Part shown: positions 48,542 through 51,322 of the stretch, in pieces
Layout: each line of letters begins with the position of its first letter
Position numbering within the stretch: position 1 is the first letter of the stretch
Assembly: GCA_964575955.1 (NCBI GenBank)
Contig: CAZNTG010000004.1
Coordinates: 1-51,322 of the forward strand
DNA length: 51,322 bases
Source: an uncultured Thermoproteaceae archaeon
Lineage (GTDB): Archaea > Thermoproteota > Thermoprotei > Thermoproteales > Thermocladiaceae
Reading direction: 5' to 3'
Notes under the pieces: model-generated
Databases searched by the model: none
Told to the model about the DNA's origin: nothing
What the model saw: the letters and a program-made list of their open reading frames with translations, nothing else
Translations under genes and position numbers: made by a program

Positions 48542-48787
48542 TTAACTAGTTTCTGAGCATAGTGAATCTAACTTATCTAATATTTCTATTATTATTTGTA
48601 GATTTTCCACAATTGTCTTCAATGCATTTGCACGGTCTCTACTTCCAAGTGCTTTAGAAATCCAACGTTTATCAACTATTTGTGAGAGTATTAGATAACA
48701 TCTCTCCAATTTCTCCTTAGTAATCTCATTCTTACGTAATTGTTTCAATAGTGAACATATCTCTTGAACTCTGTTCACAGAGGCCAT
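48542..48787 (-). CDS. Small helical hypothetical protein
   Basis: 81 aa with TTTAAA about 25 nt upstream. Confidence 0.55.
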   Translation of the reverse strand: MASVNRVQEICSLLKQLRKNEITKEKLERCYLILSQIVDKRWISKALGSRDRANALKTIVENLQIIIEILDKLDSLCSETS

Positions 48788-48876
48788 GAGTATATAGATT
48801 CTAAACTGTTTAAAGAGTTATACCGTCCCGCCTACATGTGTACTATGTATCGTTATTGTGATTTTAGAATAAAGAT

Positions 48877-48882
48877 TTTAAA
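48877..48882 (+). promoter_or_regulatory. TATA box of tRNA-Val
   Basis: TTTAAA preceded by purine-rich BRE-like AATAAAGA, about 30 nt before the mature 5' end. Confidence 0.55.
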
Positions 48883-48912
48883 CCTATAGAGAACATTCAT
48901 GTCTAGGATATA

Positions 48913-49015
<103 letters not shown>

Positions 49016-49026
49016 AACTTTAATTA

Positions 49027-50379
49027 TTGCTCGAGGTATTGTTAGTTGTGTTTGATAGATTTGTAGATCTTGCAGAGAAGATTATTCAAGTTTTGAAGAG
49101 TAGAAATGTTGAAGGTGACGTATATTGTGAATATTGTAAATCTATAACTGTTGAATGTCAGGAAGGTAAGTTTAAAGGCTCATCTATATCTGAGGAGTGT
49201 GGTCTTGGTTTGAGAGTTGTCGTTGATAATAGTGTAGGTTTTGTATATACTAGTAGTCTAGATGTTAATCCTATAGATCTTGTGGATAGAGCTTTTAAAA
49301 TTGCAAAATTATGTTCAAAAATACCTTGGAGAGGATTACCAAAAATTTCAAAACCTGTAAATGTTTCTGATATATTTAATAGAGATCTCGCGAATATAGA
49401 TGTAGAATATGTTTTAAGTTATGTTAATGAGTTTCTAAAATATTATGAAAGTGATAGAGATATTTTTAGTATATGGTTTGCAGGTATTGAAGTATCTTAC
49501 ACTAGAAGATTTATAACTAATACAAATGGTGTTGAGTTAGAATGTGAAGAAACAACATCAACAGCTGGTCTTGAAGTTAATGCTAGAGATGGTACATATA
49601 CAACACCTGGAGTTTACGATTTTGAATGTAGTAGAGTTAAGATTGTTGATCTAGTTAAAGTATATGAGAGATGCAAAGATAAAGCTAGAAGGCTATTAAA
49701 ACCTGTAAAACTTGACTATACTAATATAGACGTCGTTTTAAGTCCTAAAGCACTTACACATCTTCTAGAGTATACACTACTCTCAGTATTGAATTCTAGA
49801 GCATTTGCATTAAAGAGAAGTCCATTTATTGGTAAGATTGGTCAAGAGTTGTTTAGTAGAGAATTAACACTTATAGATGATGCAACAAAGCCTGGAGATT
49901 TAGAATCAACACCATTTGATGATGAAGGTGTACCTACTAGAAGAGTTATCTTAATTGAGAAGGGAGTTTTAAAGAATGTTATATCTGACATATATTGGGG
50001 ATCTATAGCAAATCTTGAAACTACAGGTAATGGATATAGATCAGGATATTATTCAACACCAACAGTATCATTTACAAATGTTGAGATACTTCCCGGTAGT
50101 CTAGATTTAGAAGAGTTGAAGAGTGGCAAAGTGCTGCTTGTAGATGATGTTCAAGGTGCACATTCCAGTAATCCAGAGAGTGGAGAATTCAGTGTTGCAG
50201 CCCCATGTGCATGGATTATCGAGAATAGATCTGAAAAACCTGTTAAGGGAGTTATGATTTCAGGTAATATGTATACAATATTGAGAGATGTCAAATTTAC
50301 AAAACAGGTAGAGAAATTTGTAAACTTCACACTACCATACGCATATGTTTATAAGGAAAATATTAAAGTTATTGCTTAA
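49027..50379 (+). CDS. TldD/PmbA-family protein (PmbA/TldE-like)
   Basis: GLGLRV, PFDDEGVP, TTGNGYR, GAHSSNPESGEFS; no HExxxH. Confidence 0.9.
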   Translation: MLEVLLVVFDRFVDLAEKIIQVLKSRNVEGDVYCEYCKSITVECQEGKFKGSSISEECGLGLRVVVDNSVGFVYTSSLDVNPIDLVDRAFKIAKLCSKIPWRGLPKISKPVNVSDIFNRDLANIDVEYVLSYVNEFLKYYESDRDIFSIWFAGIEVSYTRRFITNTNGVELECEETTSTAGLEVNARDGTYTTPGVYDFECSRVKIVDLVKVYERCKDKARRLLKPVKLDYTNIDVVLSPKALTHLLEYTLLSVLNSRAFALKRSPFIGKIGQELFSRELTLIDDATKPGDLESTPFDDEGVPTRRVILIEKGVLKNVISDIYWGSIANLETTGNGYRSGYYSTPTVSFTNVEILPGSLDLEELKSGKVLLVDDVQGAHSSNPESGEFSVAAPCAWIIENRSEKPVKGVMISGNMYTILRDVKFTKQVEKFVNFTLPYAYVYKENIKVIA

Positions 50380-50999
50380 TATATTCTTAAAATCACTACA
50401 TTAACTCTATGAATTCTCTTATAGTGATGTGGATATTTTGCACGTATTGTAATACTTCTATACCCTAGAACATCTACATGCTTACCAAAATCCTGAATTT
50501 TCCTTATGATGAAGTTTGTAGTCTCAGCTTTATGTATTGTATATACTATCTTTGAATATTTTATTGAAGATTCTAAGAATGCTATATCAATACCTCTCCT
50601 ACTCTGTATACCAAATGGAGGATTTTGAAATACTACATTAAATTTCAAGTTTTCTCTAAATGGTAATTTCAATACATCACACACTACTAAATCTATTTTA
50701 CTATCTAGATCTAGTCTATACACACTCTCCTTAGAGTCTAATATTGCGTCATAATCAACATCTACACATACTACCTGTAAAGCTCCAAGTAGTGCAGATG
50801 CAATTGCAAATCTACCTGTACCACATCCAAAATCTGCAACTTTAGATTCTGAAATTTCTCCTCTCATGAATGATAACCAGACTATCTCAGAGACTATAGA
50901 TGAATCTGTTATATATTGCTCAAGTTCAATCTTAGGCTTAGAGTAGTCTGGCACTGACTCTAGCAAAATTTCAAGATCTTTCTTACATCTAACCCTCAT
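50376..50999 (-). CDS. METTL5-like N6-adenine RNA methyltransferase
   Basis: LEQYIT, DFGCGTG, QNPPFG, YTIHK. Confidence 0.88.
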   Translation of the reverse strand: MRVRCKKDLEILLESVPDYSKPKIELEQYITDSSIVSEIVWLSFMRGEISESKVADFGCGTGRFAIASALLGALQVVCVDVDYDAILDSKESVYRLDLDSKIDLVVCDVLKLPFRENLKFNVVFQNPPFGIQSRRGIDIAFLESSIKYSKIVYTIHKAETTNFIIRKIQDFGKHVDVLGYRSITIRAKYPHHYKRIHRVNVVILRIY

Positions 51000-51181
51000 T
51001 ACAGGAGATTCTCTTTACACAGTCTATTAAGAGTAAGAAATTGTCTACTAACCGCTGAGAGGTCTGTAAAGTACATACACCAATTTGTGAAAAGAGAAAT
51101 CTACAAATTGATAAAGAATAACTTCATTTAGCTTGAACTTAATTAGTCAGTTCTCAAACCCTTAAACACGGGGGTCGCAAG

Positions 51182-51322
51182 ATGGGTCGTGTTGTTTGGT
51201 CTAAGATTGCTAAGGTTTTGCGTGAGGAGTATGTTGAAGGTTCTAAGTGTAAGGTTTGTGGTGAAGAAATAGAAGAAGGAGAAAACGCATTCAAAACACT
51301 ATCAAACATATACAAACACTTC
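51182..51322 (+). CDS. Zinc-finger-like protein, 3'-truncated (not in ORF track)
   Basis: Open frame MGRVVWSKIAKVLREEYVEGSKCKVCGEEIEEGENAFKTLSNIYKHF to window end. Confidence 0.6.
   Translation, partial: MGRVVWSKIAKVLREEYVEGSKCKVCGEEIEEGENAFKTLSNIYKHF

Noticed and set aside
48821-48837. GC-rich TACCGTCCCGCCTACAT resembling pieces of the nearby tRNA-Val anticodon and intron
   Set aside because: Matches are only 6-7 nt and in different order; no structure or boxes
48901-48909. tRNA-Val leader GTCTAGGAT complementary to the sRNA 10 D' guide
   Set aside because: Only 9 nt and mismatched at the D+5 position; a tRNA D-loop target fits better

Overview
AT-rich (about 30% GC by eye), gene-dense archaeal chromosome segment. 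It most resembles Thermoproteota/Thermoproteales: rpl3, rpl6 and ATP synthase subunit F lie outside their usual operons, many genes look leaderless with TTTAAA-type TATA boxes, and tRNA-Val carries an intron. About 55 CDS are supportable, mostly housekeeping: ilvD, carS, nth, rtcA, citrate synthase, NAD kinase, feoA/DtxR/feoB, tatA and several RNA-modification enzymes. There are two tRNAs: Pro-CGG, overlapping the feoB stop codon, and Val-CAC, with a 28-nt BHB intron. The main signal missing from the ORF track is ten ~50-nt box C/D guide sRNA genes, nine of them in the first 23.2 kb. Their C'/D' boxes show compensatory changes, several guides match 16S/23S rRNA or tRNA consensus sequences, and four end at the base next to the stop codon of a convergent gene. 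A 9.5-kb cluster of secreted, N-glycosylation-rich surface proteins includes two paralogs sharing three nucleotide-identical blocks (58, 44, 72 bp) between divergent segments. Two distant ~90-aa hypothetical proteins form an apparently unnamed family (VKxGVDRxWI). No CRISPR array, transposase or integrase was seen. Family assignments and guide targets come from motif recognition and memory, not database searches.
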